Assembly: GCF_009914755.1 (NCBI RefSeq)
Contig: NC_060925.1
Source of the DNA: the human T2T-CHM13v2.0 reference genome, Homo sapiens
Reading direction: 5' to 3' (one strand)
DNA: 64,000 nucleotides
Below the pieces are notes generated by a model. That model saw only the letters and a program-made list of their open reading frames with translations, ran no database searches and was not told the DNA's origin. Shown in pieces: positions 34,195 through 58,730 of the stretch (the first letter of the stretch is position 1; the number at the start of each line of letters is the position of its first letter). Both the position numbers and the translations under genes were made by a program.

Positions 34195-37140
34195 TTTGTT
34201 TTATTGTGGTAAAAACACTTAACACAAGATCTACCCTCTTAACAAATTTTCAAGTGTACAATACATTAATGTTGACTATAGGTACAGTGTTGTATGGCAG
34301 ATCTCTAGAGCTTTTTCCCGTTTGACATTAATTTTACATACATTGTTTAGCAACTCCCCAATTTCTCCTCCCCCTCAGCCTTTGGCAACCACCATTTGAC
34401 TCTGTCAACCTATGAATCTGACTAGATACCTCACATAAGTAGACTCACATAGTTATTTATCTTTCTGTGACTGTATTATTTCCCTTAGCATAATGTCCTC
34501 AAGCTTCATCCATGTTGTCACTCTTTGGGATCCTGATTTTATTTTGGATAAATATCTAGAAGCATGATTGCTAGACCATCTGGTAGTTCTATATTTAATA
34601 TGTCAAGGAACCTCCATACTGTTTTCCATAGTGGCCGCTTGTACCATTTTGCATTCCCACCAACAGTGTGCAAGGGTTCCAATTTCTTCACTCCCTTGCC
34701 ACTTAAAAAAAATAGCCATCTTGACATTGACAGGTGTGAAGTGATGATATTTCATTGTGGTTTTGATGTGTACTTCTCTGATGATTAGCAATGTTGAGCA
34801 ATTTTTCATATACTTGGCCACTTTTATGTCTTCTTTGGAGAATGTCTATTCAGGTCCTTTGTCCATTTTTTTTTTAATCTTACAGTGAATTATATTGAAT
34901 TCAAAGGTAGTATTCCTATTTGAGAAATAAAAAACTAAAATCAAGTTGTACAAGCAATCATCATGAGATAAATCAGTAAAGAGGCCTGCTCAGATCATAC
35001 CAGAGCAGACACCAGTTTCTACCCCAGCCCGCATGAAGATGTTTTTATTCAACACAAACAGTAACAGAGGGTAACACAATGGCCACAGAATGAGAACATA
35101 AGTGCACTTGAATTTTTTGTGAGTTCTGGCTAGGCTCTAACAAGCCTAGCATTCTTTTCTTACCAGGTGAACAGAAATCATCTGCTAAAGCCAGAAACTT
35201 TAAAGCTCTTAATCCAGCTGGAAATAACTATAATTGAGGGCCTTTTTACTAGCTACTTGCTTCCCAATTTAGGGTTGCCTAGCAGGGTTAATTTCAACAT
35301 AACGAAAGGTGTTAACTGGCTGGCCGCATCATTCACTGGTGACAGGGGCAAGTTTAATGAGTTTTGTGCTCAGATCGCTGGGCCTCCTGGCTGCTCTTGT
35401 CCATCTCTGCACTTTGGTCCTAAGCATTCTGAGACTCAGTCAGTTGAGGGTGAAAGGGACCTACCAGCCAGTTGAGGGGCATGTTGTTAACAAGAAATCC
35501 ATCAAGTCATCTAAAGATTCCTTCATTTTCTGCAGCTGCCCCTTGCTAGAAGTGGAGGCTGTCAGACACTTCCTCAAAGGAGGCAGCATTGCAGAACACT
35601 GAGTAGATGTCGCCTGCCATCACCCTCATATGCTTGGCCTGACCTTGGATGTTCTGTGGTCATCATGGATGTTGGACAGAAGGCCGTGGCATGTGGTCTG
35701 GAGCTGCTAAGTCAGGTTGCAGGCAATAGCAAGAGTACGTGACTCGATGTGCTCTGCACAGTGGGACTCATCAGTATCATCGTATCCAATATTCCTTTTC
35801 CACTCCACCCATGAGAGCTAGAGCTTATCCTGAGCATCCTGAATTTTCTGATTGGCACTATGCACACTCTTCCTGGCAAATTCAATCAAGTGAACAGAAG
35901 AACGGAGCTGAGAAATGGTCTCTTGGCTTTTTTGCTTAGCTTCTTTAACCCTGCTGAGAGCCTGCTCATACGAAGTGAAGCTTGGTGGACAGGGAGTGAA
36001 GCTTGGTAGACAGGGATCCCAGTCTAACATAACAACTTGGCTTCTGAACCATATCATATCCTTCAACTTTTTTTGCTTCTTTTTCTAGTTCTTCCCCAGT
36101 GAGAGGGAGGTACTGTCCTACCAAGAGCTCTGATTTGGTGAGCGCATGTTCCAAGCCACTGCTCATGAGCTGCATTATCTGACTTCCTAAGCTTGTGTTA
36201 ATGCTGCCACTGACACAGACTTGGGTCTTCTCCACAGTGCCAGTCACTACCCCTTTGGTCTTGTCCATCAACCCTGTGATGAATCCTTGGCCCCAGTCAC
36301 AGTAGTCGTCACAGCATCTTTTGCCCCAGTCACAGCACCTTTGGCATTGGCAACAACCTGAGTTGATGGCTGATTCAGAATAGGCAGTCTCTCCTCAATC
36401 CTGTCTAGCCCCTTACAGACACGGATATTGGCAACTGCAATTTGCAGCTCTAGCTTCTGGATGATGGGCAGAGCACACTGGTCATGGCCACCGAGGTGAT
36501 GGTCTTCACACCCTTCCCTGCCATCTCACACACAGACTTCAAGTAGGACACTGGTCCTTTGTACTGACATGGGCTGAGGACATGGGGTCATATGTGGAGC
36601 TCATCAAGGGCAGGTTGACCACCCGAGTCATCACACTCAGTTGTGGATCAACTGCAACAGATGCCATTTTTCTTCCTGGAGAAATAAATCAACGGACGGC
36701 AGTGAAGCGCCTATTTTTTAATATACATATATTTTTTGCTACTGAGTTGTATGAGTTCCTTACATATGTTGGAGATTAACCCCTTATCAAATATATGGTT
36801 CACAAACATTTCCTCACATTTTGTAGATTGCCTTTCCATTCTGCTGTTTGCTGTGCAGAAGCTTTTTAGGTTGATGCAGTTCCACTTGCTTTTGTTGCCT
36901 GTGTTTTTGATGTCATATCCACGAAATCATTGCCAAGACCAATGTCATAATGCTTTTTCCCTGTTTTCTTCTTATGAGTTTTATAGTTTCAGGTCTTATG
37001 TTTAACTCTTTAATCCATTTTGGGTTGATTTTTGTGTACAGTACAAGATAATTTCATTATTTTGCTGTGGATATCCACTTTTCCCAACAACATTTGTTGG
37101 AGGGACTATCCTTGCCCTATTGATCCTTTCCTTATTGTAT
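34195..37140 (-). mobile_element. Old L1 (L1MA/L1MB type) 3' region, split by the PLIN2 retrocopy
   Basis: Typical L1M 3' UTR and ORF2-end sequence (aacacaagatctaccctcttaacaaattttcaagtgtacaat; gagaatgtctattcaggtcctttg...ttgctactgagttgtatgagttcc) is contiguous across the pseudogene. Confidence 0.8.
34872..36708 (-). pseudogene. PLIN2P1: Processed perilipin-2 (adipophilin/ADRP) pseudogene, probably PLIN2P1
   Basis: Intronless. ATG at 36667 ([21 protein letters not shown]), internal [15 protein letters not shown]...[11 protein letters not shown] and [14 protein letters not shown]..., end QRSEHKTH-TAA at 35354. Has frameshifts, part of the 5'UTR, the 3'UTR and a short poly(A). TSD gtccatttttt (34861-34871) / gcctatttttt (36709-36719). 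The P1 symbol is from memory. Confidence 0.93.
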
Positions 37141-37375
37141 ATTCTTGAGTCCAAACATAAATTTTCAGGAGACATTCCCATCTACCCCCAGCCAGAGCCC
37201 AAGCTGAGACACAGAAGTTTCCTTGTTTCCTCAAACTAGTAGATGGAATTTTCTGTGGTCCCTTCCTTTCTCTTGAGTATGAACCTTCAAGGCTCCCTGC
37301 TTTATATAGAGATTTGCATTTCTAACTCTGTTCCATACAGGCCTAAGGCTCATGGACATTAAAACGAAGCCTTTA

Positions 37376-37801
<426 letters not shown>

Positions 37802-38450
37802 TTAATTCTTTCAGGCTCAACTAGCTATACATTTTTAAAAGTTTGTTTAAAAATTAAAAAATAGTTGTTACATTTCATCCAGCATTACTAGGTGTTTTGT
37901 AATGAAATAGCAGAAGTGTTTTAGGTTATATAGTCTATTATACTGCCATTATAAAATATGCTGGTCTGGAAATTTAACATTTATTTTCATAAGAACTAGT
38001 TCAGTTCATATAAACAAAATAACTCCACAGACGACTAATTGCAAAAGGAAAAACACATCTTAACAATGGAACAATCTTGCTGTTACCTTACCGTAGGGAT
38101 CAAACTTTTCACTGCAGGCATTGAGACAATTAACATGGAAACAATCTGACAAATCTACAATGTGGAACATATTTCAAATCAATGAGCACGGTCTCTTCAA
38201 AAAAGTTGATATAAAAAAAAAGAGGTGGTGATACAGACTGTTCTAGGTTAAGAGAGACTTACAGACATAATCAAATATAATGTATAATCTTTGATTGAAT
38301 CTTGGTTTAAACACAGCTACAAAAGATACTGTGGGGAACTGGGTAAATTTTCAAATGGACTAAGTATTAAATAATATTAGGGAATTATTATTAATCTTGT
38401 TGGTTATAATGGTATTGTGGTTGAATAGGAGATTGTCCGTATTTTTTTGA

Positions 38451-39590
<1,140 letters not shown>

Positions 39591-40374
39591 GCAATCTTAA
39601 GTATTTAGAGGTGAAAGTCTAAAACTTACTTTGAAGTGGTTTAGAAAAAATGTTTATGCTATATATCAACAGCATATTGGTATGTGCCAAGCAAATATGG
39701 CAAAATATTCACTGCTGAACAAGATGGTAGTTACACAGCTGTTGCTCGTACTACTCTATTTTTCTATATGCTTAAATATTTTCAATTTAAAATTTAAAAA
39801 CTAAAAACATTTAAAACTTTAAGATTAAAAAAATTAAAACAAATAAGCTGAACACAATGGATTCCTTTTTCTAAAAATGTCTACTGAGCACGGTAGCACA
39901 CACCTGTAATCCCAGCACTTTGGGAAACTGAGGTGGAAGGATCACTTGAGGCCAAGAGTTCAAGATCTGGGCAACATAGCGAGACCCCCATCTCTAATAA
40001 ATAAACCAACTAACCAAAAAAAAGAAAGAAAGAAAAAAGAATGCCTTTAACTTGACCACTCAGAACTGGAAAGTAATGTGGCAGAACATGGACAGTCCAT
40101 GACATTTAATTGAGCAGTATGAAATGCAAGTAGCCTAGCCCTCCAGATACTATGGATATGGTTACTTGTTGGCTTGTAAGGGATTAAATTCCTTTTTGCA
40201 TGCAGATGATAGGGTTTCATCTGAAGACTGAAATGATTATGTTAATCATCACAGCCCTATTTGCCTTGGGGAAAAAACATATCAGATAAGAAACCTGGAC
40301 TACTATGTCTTCCTTTTGTATGTAAAAAGGAATAAACAGTATGCTTTATAATTCCTTATAAAGCATAACTTAAA

Positions 40375-40414
40375 TATACATATGCATATGCATATATATA
40401 TATATATATATATA
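40375..40414. repeat. (TA)n microsatellite
   Basis: atacatatgcatatgcatatatatatatatatatatata. Confidence 0.85.
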
Positions 40415-40460
40415 AATTGGCCGGGCGCAGTGGCTCACACCAGCAATGCCCAGCACTTTA

Positions 40461-40715
<255 letters not shown>

Positions 40716-41670
40716 TTATAACTTGCCTTTGATATAGTGTCCCTTCATAGAAAACGGATGCCCTTTTCTACTGTAGGCACTAATTAAATTAGTGGCACCT
40801 GATAAACTTTTCACATTGATAAAATATGTAAAACTTAGTCACTATATTCACTATAGTCCCCTTATCAAGTTAGAAAGTGGGAGGTAAAAAAGGAGAGAGA
40901 GATGTCTCTGGAATGGTCCTGGAACATGAGTCCTTAAGATATTTATAATCAAGAAGCGCTGAAATCATCATCCATTCTTACATGTGAAGAAGAGCTCCTT
41001 TGTAGTTTGCCTTCTGCCACAGGAGACATCAATCAGCCAGAGGTCCAAGACCTGTTTACCCCTACGTAATGTTTTTTAAAACTCTGAATTAGATAATCCA
41101 ACAAGACCTTCTTTCTGAAGGCTGGAAGCAATAAGAACTTCCATCTCATTGAAGAGGTCAAGTGAAGATTCTTTTGAAATCATTCAGTTTTGAAGCACCT
41201 ACCTAGTATTGTAAGAAATACAAATAATTTGACAGTGAATTCAAGGATAATATAGTAACTGGAGAAATCTGGAGATGCAATTGCTCTCAAATAGAGAAGA
41301 GGCCCAGTAACAAGAATGTTAAAATGTGGCTGACTTCAAGAATAGGATCAAGGTCTCAAACTAGATAGTTCTGAATTCTTCCCCCTTCCTATAAGGTTGT
41401 TCTTTCTTCTGCCTGGTGAGTTATGGGAGAGTGACGGGATATCCTTCCTTCCAATCTAACTTATTTCTCTTCTTATAGTCCATATTTATAATAAAGACAT
41501 CATCATTCCCTTTATTGAGTTAAAAATCCAGAAATCAGGCTGGGGGCATGGTGGCTTACACCTGTAATCCCAGCACTTTGGGAGGCCAAGGTGGGCAAGA
41601 GTTCAAGATCAGCCTGGGCAACATGGCAAAACCCCATGTCTACAAAAAACACGAGTTCAAGACCAGCCTA

Positions 41671-41880
<210 letters not shown>

Positions 41881-42557
41881 TCAGGAGGCTGAGGCGTGAG
41901 GATCACTTGGGTCTATGTAAAGGCTGAAGTGAGCCATGACTGTATCACTACACTCCAGCCTAGGTGACAAGGCAAGACCCTATCTCCAAAAAAGAAAAGA
42001 GAAACAATCAAATTGCATATGTATGTGGGTATATATGTATGTTATGTATTTGTAAGTATCATTAAAAAAATTAGACATGAAAAGGGGTCAGAGAGTGGTG
42101 TTAGGGTAGGGGAAGAGACTATTCTTAAAAGTATGGTCAGGAAAGTCCTGTCAGAAAAAATAACATTTGAGCAAGTCCTGAATTAAGGGCAGAAGTGAAC
42201 TGTGCAAATATCTGGGAGAGGAGGTAACAAGTAGAGGTCACAGCAAGGATGTTGCTTGAGACAGGATAGCATTTAGCCTGTGCAAGCAACAGTAAAAAGG
42301 TACAGATGAAGTGCTAAATCCAAGACGGAGGGTGGTACTTTAAGACTATATAGGGTGCAGTGGCTCCCAGCACTTTGGGAGGCCGAGGTATGTAGGATGA
42401 TTGAGCTCAAGAGTCCAAGACCAGCCTGGGCAACATAGCAAGATTCCATTTCCACTAAAAATACAAATAGAAATCAGGCAGGTGTGGTGGAGTGTGCCTG
42501 TTGTTCCAGCTACTCAGGAGGCTGGGGTGGGAGGATTGCTTGAGCCTGGGGGATCTA

Positions 42558-43025
<468 letters not shown>

Positions 43026-43147
43026 TCATGATGATTAACAATGTTCCTTTCACCTTTAATAGCGTCCTAGTTTGGAGGGTAAATTATATGGTCATCCCTA
43101 TCTCCATTCCTCCAGGCAATTTTTCCTTTCTTTGTGCTGTCAAGGAA

Positions 43148-43179
<32 letters not shown>

Positions 43180-44496
43180 TTTTTTTTGAGACAGAGCCTT
43201 GCTCTGTTGCCCAGACTGGAGTGCACTGGCGCGATCTCAGCTCACTGGAACCTCTGCCCCAGGTTCAAGCGATTCTCCTGCCTCAGTCTCCCAAGTAGCT
43301 GGGATTACAGGTGTGGCCACCACGCCCAGCTAATTTTTGTATTTTCAGTAGAGACAAGGTTCCACCATGTTGGCCAGGCTGGTCTCGAACTCCTGACCTC
43401 AAGTAATCCACCTGCCTTGGCCTCCCAAAGTGCTGGGATTACAGGTGTGAGCCACTTGCACTCGGCCTGTCAAGGAATTTTGGAAACATGTCATTTTCTG
43501 TGTCTTATTACTGAATTACTTGTCCATTTCCCTTAGAAAACTGTGAGCACCCAGAAGTCATGAATGGTATGTAGTTAAACTATTTTCTTTCCTTTTTCTT
43601 CCAAAAGACAGGGCCTCACTCTGTCACCTAGGCTGGAGTGCAGTGGTGCAATCAAAACTTCCTGTAACCTTGAACTCCTAGGGTTAGGCAATCCTCCCAC
43701 CTTAGCTTCCCGAAGAGCTAGGACTACAGGTGCGTGCCACCTCAACCAGCTAACTTTAAAATTTTTTGCAGAGATTGGGTCTTGCTATGTTGCCCAGGCT
43801 GGTCTCAAACTCCCAGCTTCAGGTGATCCTCCCACCTTGGCCTCCCAAAACATTAAGATTCCAGGCACGACTCACTGCCACTGGTAGTTAAAATTCATTT
43901 TCTTATCTACTTAAAAAAAATTATTTTTGAGAGACAGGGTCTCTTTCTGTCACCCAGGCTGGAGTGCCGTGGCACAATCATAGTTCACTGCAATCTCCAA
44001 CTCCTGGACTCAAGTGATCCTCTGGACTCAGCCTCCCAAGTAGCTGGTACTACAGGTGCATGCTACCACACATGGCTAATTTTTGGTAGAGACAGGTCTT
44101 GCTATGTTGCTGAGGCTGCTCTTGAACTCCTGACCTTAAGTGATCCTCCCATCGTGGCCTCCAAGTCATAAACCACGGGGCCCAGCCCATTTTCTTAACT
44201 TTTTCACCTAACCAGTATATAACAGGCACTCAAAACATTTCTTGTTGAATGAACTGGCTTTAAAGGTCTCTGTCTCCTGCAAACATACTCTAAAAAGAGG
44301 AGCTAGGCAGAGGAGAGAAAGTGTGTGGAGTTACTTCAGGCAGCAAACTTCAAGCTGAGAGTAAGTCGGAAGAAAGGGTAATCTAAGATTAACAGAAACG
44401 GATCCATATACAAGGAGTCTCAGAACTTTAACTGAGAAGGACGCCTGCCTCCAAATTGCTTCTAATCCATTAAAAATATATATATTATAACCTTCA

Positions 44497-44655
<159 letters not shown>

Positions 44656-45033
44656 CTATTTATTTTAAAAATCAGAAATATATACATAAAAAAAGAGGAA
44701 AAAAAGGTTCTCAGACATTTCAAAGAAACATCATTAAGTTATATATTTAAAAAATACGGCCGGACACAGTGGCTCATGCCTGTAATCTCAACACTTTGGG
44801 ATTGATGGGAGGATCACGAGGTTAGGAGTTCGAGACCAGCCTGGCCAATATGGTGAAACTCCATCTCTACTAAAAAAAAAAAAAATTAGCCGGGCGTGGT
44901 GGTGCACGCCTGTAGTCCCAGCTACTTGGAGGTCGAGGCAGAAGAATCACTTGAACCCAGGAGGCAGAGGTTTCAGTGAGCTGAGATCACACCACTGCAC
45001 TCCAGCCTGGGCAACAGAGCGAGACTCCATTTC

Positions 45034-45047
<14 letters not shown>

Positions 45048-45064
<17 letters not shown>

Positions 45065-45149
45065 CACATATGTATATATATGTATATGTATATATGTATG
45101 TACGTATATGTATATATGTATATATATGTGTATATATATATATGCATAT
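45048..45149. repeat. Compound (TA)n/(TATG)n microsatellite grown from an Alu tail
   Basis: atatatatatatatacacatatgtatatatatgtatatgtatatatgtatgtacgtatatg... Confidence 0.9.
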
Positions 45150-45290
45150 CACTAAAGTTTAGAGAAGGACTACACAAGTCTAGGAAAATTTTTAGGATAC
45201 AGAAACAATTCCGCATACTGCAACCTTGTGGCTAATATACATGTGAATAATAAGCTCCCTGCCATGTATCTCTATATACCTAGTTGCTAA

Positions 45291-45500
<210 letters not shown>

Positions 45501-45921
45501 TGAGTACCTGACGTTACAGGCTCATGCCGTCACACCCAGCTAATTTTTTTATTTTTAGTAGAGACGGGGTTTCACCATGTTGGCCAGACTGGTCTCGAAC
45601 TTCTGACCTCAGGTGATCCGCCCGCCTCAACCTCCCAAAGTGCCAGGATTACAGGCATGAGCCATCACTCCCAGCCTTTACATACATTATATCTTATGTG
45701 ATCCTCATAACATCCCTATAAAGATGAGCAAAGCAGTAAAACTGTCTCAATTTTATAGACGAAAAAATCAGTCTTCTTGGGGCTTGTAGAAGAAACTAGC
45801 TTCCAGCTTGCCAGTTTCCACACACAATCATTTTTATTTTCTGAAGAGCAATGTTACTCAAAGTGTGGGCCACTGACCACTGCAGTTCCATGAACTGCAA
45901 AAAGATAAGCACAGAAATTGA

Positions 45922-46299
<378 letters not shown>

Positions 46300-46433
46300 T
46301 AAATTAAAATGCAGCTTCCCAGGCCCTATTTCATGACATTAAATTTATTTGGGTGGGGCTAAGGAATCTGCATTTTTACTACTCTCTCCTGGTTATTACT
46401 AGGCACTGTAAGAATGACTGCTCCAAACTTTCA

Positions 46434-46748
<315 letters not shown>

Positions 46749-47979
46749 TCAAAAGAAAGAAATAAGAAAAAAAAAAAAACAACAGGAAAGTAAGCAATCT
46801 AAGTACATAATTAAATAAAGGAATAGGAGTTAGCTACATTTTTCCAACCTTCTCCAGTACTCATCTATAAAAATTCTGTTTTTCTTTTTTTTTTCCAAGA
46901 CAGAGTCTCGCTCTGTCTTCAGGCTGGAGTGCAGCTGTGCGATCTTGGCTCAGTGCAACCTCCGCCTCCCAAGTTCAAGCAATTCTCCTGCCTCAGCCTC
47001 CTGAGTAGCTGGGACTACAGGCACGTGCCACAATGCCTGGGTAATTTTTTTGTATTTTTAGTAGAGACAAGGTTTCACCATGTTGGCCAGGATGGCCTTG
47101 ATCTCTTGACCTTGTGATCCACCTGCCTCGATCTCACAAAGTGCTGGGATTACAGGTTATAAGCCACCACGCCCGGCCTAAAAATCCTGTTTTTCTTCAT
47201 GCAAAGTAGAACGGATGTAGGCTTTCCTTAGGAATATTTTTTATATGAAAGAAAAACAAAAAATTCTTTTTATCCTTTATACCATGGAAGTAATAATAAT
47301 AGGCACTAGGGGAGCAGAGTTTTGAACAGAGATCCTTCACAATGCTCTGAAAAGCATGATCTCAAATTTGTACACACACACATACTTGAGAGCCTCTTCT
47401 TCCCAGACAAAACATGTTGTAAGTGATACATTCATCACACAAGTCTGAGGACAGTTGGGAGAAAGTGCACTCCAAAAGGAAGACAAGTAACAAGGTATGT
47501 ATTGGGGGCTTGGTGAGAGGGGATACAGGAGAAGGATTAACATCTGAATGAATGCTGATTATCGGAATGGTGAGAGCTAAGAACCAAAAAAACAGTATTT
47601 AGGTTCACATGTGTAATTTCAGCACTTTGGGAGGTGGAGGCGGGAGGAGAGCCTAAGCTCAGAAATGCTAGACCAACCTGGGCAATATAGGGAGACCTTG
47701 TCTCTACAAAAAATTTAAAAATTAGCTGAGTACAATGGCGCATGCCTATAGTCCCAGCTACTTGGAATGCTGAGACAGGAGGATCAATTAAACCTAGGAG
47801 GTCGAGGCTTCAGTGAGCTATGATTGTGCCACTGCAGTCTAGCTTGGGTGACAAAGCAAAACCCTGTGAAAGAAAGAAAGAGAAGAAGAAAAGAAAGAGA
47901 TGAAAGAGAGGGAGGGAGGAAAAGGAAAGAAAGAAAGCAACAACAAAAAACCAAGTATCTAATTCTCAGAACATTCCTA

Positions 47980-48404
<425 letters not shown>

Positions 48405-48552
48405 TCATGATTAAAATCTACGTCTAATTCTGGCCAGGCACAGTGGCTCACGCCTATAATCCCAGCACTATGGTAGGCCAAGGCGGGTGGATCACCTGAA
48501 GTCAGGAGTTCGAGACCAGCCTGGCCAACATGGTGAAACCCCGTCTCTACTA

Positions 48553-48818
<266 letters not shown>

Positions 48819-49292
48819 CTACATTTTACCGATGGTGATGACGTGGAACATTCTGTTACATAAGTAAAGACTTTTAATCAATTATTGTCTGCCATAAGAA
48901 TAACATATAAAAACACTAGCACATATATAAACCAAGTATTTACCAGATTATTCTCATAATCAGACTAAAAATACCAGAGGCAATTTGAATTCAGCAGCCT
49001 ATAAGGGTAACCACATTTTGCTCTTTAGAGAAACAAGAGCTGAGAGGTGGACATGACAGGGAAAGAGCAATGATTTAAACCTTAGAACGGTCTCAACGGG
49101 GTGCAGTGGCACACACTTGTAACCCCAGCATTTAGGGAAGCTGAGGTGGGTAGATCGCTTGAGCCCAGAAGTTTGAGGCCGGGCACAGTGGCTCATGCCT
49201 GTAATCCCATCACTTTGGGAGGCTGAGGCGGACGGATCATCTGAAGTCAGGAGTTCAAGACCAGCCTGGCCAACATGGTCAAACCCTGTCTA

Positions 49293-49454
<162 letters not shown>

Positions 49455-51157
49455 TCAAAAAAAAAAAAAAAAAAAAAAATTCATAGCTCTGTACACTAAA
49501 TTAGTCATAATAGAGAGGTGAGAATGTTATAAGTATAGCTAATCCAGTAGCAGCCTAGCTATATTCTCTAATGACAATTCATGTATTTTAAAAGAGCAAA
49601 TAATGATCCAAATAAATTATTTCTCAACCAAGCTTCTGAGATTAGTGGGCCTGTGTCCTCTACTTACAACTGTACAGGTGAATGAAAGACGATTTGTCTT
49701 CTAAACTGTAAACAAAATGCACTTTCAGTTTCTGGCAAAAATCACATAGCAATGGTCTTGCACCATCTCCAACCTGCCCTAATGCAAACCAGATGGCTGA
49801 GCTCGTTCCAAGCTATCTAATGCTTCCTATTATCAATCAATCCCAGTAATTATTCTGCACTTCCCAAGGATATAACCTCTCCATTTCAGTTTCCTAATGA
49901 ATTTATACACACACACAAACCAAACTGCAAATTCCTCAAATGGGGGTAAAAGGCCCTAAAGAAAAGCAGAATGGGTACAGAAAAGGTTTCATTTTTGATG
50001 CTACAAAGAAGTGAAATTATTTCCAATGTACCTTGTTTTGTTTTGTTTTGTTTTGAGACGGAGTCTTGCTCTGTCGCCAGGCTGGAGTGCAGTGGCACAA
50101 TCTCAGCCACTGCAATCTCCGCCTCCCGGGTTCAATAGATTCTCCTGCCTCAGCCTCCTAAGTAGCTGGGATTATAGGCGCACACCACCACACCAGCTGA
50201 TTTTTGTACTTTTAGTAGAAACGGGGTTTCACCATGTTGGTCAGGATGGTCTTGATCTCCTGATCTAGTGATCTGCCTGCCTCAGTCTCCCAAAGTGCTG
50301 GTATTACAGACTCAAGCCACCGCCACCTGGCCTCCAATATACCATTTTATAGGATTACCTTAGAGGTTGGAATTAACTGTCAGAATGGAAAAGGGTATGG
50401 ACAAGGGCTTGAGAAGAGCACACCTCGGTGTGGTATGGGAACGCTACTATTTCTAAGAGGAGACTTAGATAACATAGAACCAAAAGAAACCACACTGATC
50501 TCCTTACATGACAGAAACAAACAGAACATATCAGACCCCAAACTGCTTATTATACTACAATATATCTGGCAAGGTTAGCAACCAGGAGGTTAGAAATAAA
50601 TTTGGCAAATCAGAGAAAATAATCTGACATGAATGATTATGGAAGACACCCGCTTGGGAGGCTGAGGCAAGAGGAGTGTCTGGACTCAGGAGTTTGAGGT
50701 CACAGTGAGCTATGATTGCACCATTGTACTCCAGCTTGGGTGACAGAGCAAGACCCTGTCTCTAAATAAATAAATAAATAAAATCAAGGACCCCAAAGAG
50801 AGCAGTAACTAAAAGAGTCACATAAGAGGCCAGGCGCGGTGGCTCACGTGAGCCTGTAATCCCAGCACTTTGGGAGGCTGAGGCGGGTGGATCACCTGAG
50901 GTCAGGAGTTCAAGACCACCATGGCCAACATGGTGAAACCCTGTTTCTACTAAAAATATAAATACAAGCCGGGCATGGTGGTGAGCATCTGTAATCTTAA
51001 CTACTCAGGAGGCTGAGGCAGGAGAATTGCTTGAACCCAGGAGACAGAGGTTGCAGTGAGCCAACACGGTGCCACTGCACTCCATCCTTGGCGACAGAGT
51101 GAGACTCCGTCTCAAAAAACAACAAAAAAAAGAGTCACCATATTAGAAACAGAATTA

Positions 51158-51289
<132 letters not shown>

Positions 51290-51489
51290 TTAAAAAGTAC
51301 AAAAATTAGCCAGGCGTGGTGGTGCACACCTGTAGTCCCAGCTACTCAGGAGGCTGAGGCAGAAGAACTGCTCGAACCCGGGAGGGAGGAGGTTGCATTG
51401 AGCTGAGATCGTGCCACTGCACTCTAGACTGGGTGGACAGAGGCAGACTCCATCTCAAAAAAAAATAAATAAATAAAAGAAAATAAAAA

Positions 51490-56475
<4,986 letters not shown>

Positions 56476-56587
56476 GCTACTCTAACACACTTGTTTAATA
56501 GGTAACCTACCAATTCATATTTATTTCCAAGTTTAATGCAAACTACTTGACAGCAAATCTCTCTTCTTTGTACTTCGCTTTAATACC

Positions 56588-57607
<1,020 letters not shown>

Positions 57608-57759
57608 ACACACTACTATGAAGTGCCCCTAAGAGATTAAAAATAAGTGCTGTTACTGCCTAACCAACTTCAAACGGTACTTTCCTTCACCTAATGCTTA
57701 TTAGCCATGTCAATAGACCCTCCCTTCTTCAAAATCCTATTCCTAAAAATCTGAAATGA

Positions 57760-58332
<573 letters not shown>

Positions 58333-58513
58333 TGACCAGGCTGGTCTCAAGCTCCTGGGCTCAAGTGATCCTCTTGCCTAGGCCTCCCAAAGTGCTGGAA
58401 TTACAGGTGTAAGCCACCACGCCCAGCCAAATTTAGTCTCATTATTTCTCTTCTGATTTCTAGAACTTGCTTCATAGGTCACTTTTCTAGGAAAAAAAGA
58501 CTCTTGATTAGAC

Positions 58514-58722
58514 CAGGGGCATCCAACCTTTTGGCTTCCCTGGGCCACAATGGAAGAACTGTCTTGGGCCACACATAAAATACACTAACACTAAAGATAG
58601 CTGATGAGCTGGAAGAAAAAAAAAATCTCATGTTTTAAGAAAGTTTCTGAATTTGTATTGAGCTGCATTCAAAGCTGTCCTGGGCCGCATGCAGCCCAAG
58701 AGTTGCAGGTTAGACAAGCTTG
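58514..58722 (+). mobile_element. MER30 hAT MITE
   Basis: caggggcatccaaccttttggcttccctgggccaca...ggttagacaagcttg. Confidence 0.85.
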
Positions 58723-58730
58723 ATCTATAC

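Noticed and set aside
35818-36271. 101-aa and 82-aa perilipin-like ORFs as a functional gene
   Set aside because: Frameshifted pieces of the processed PLIN2 pseudogene.
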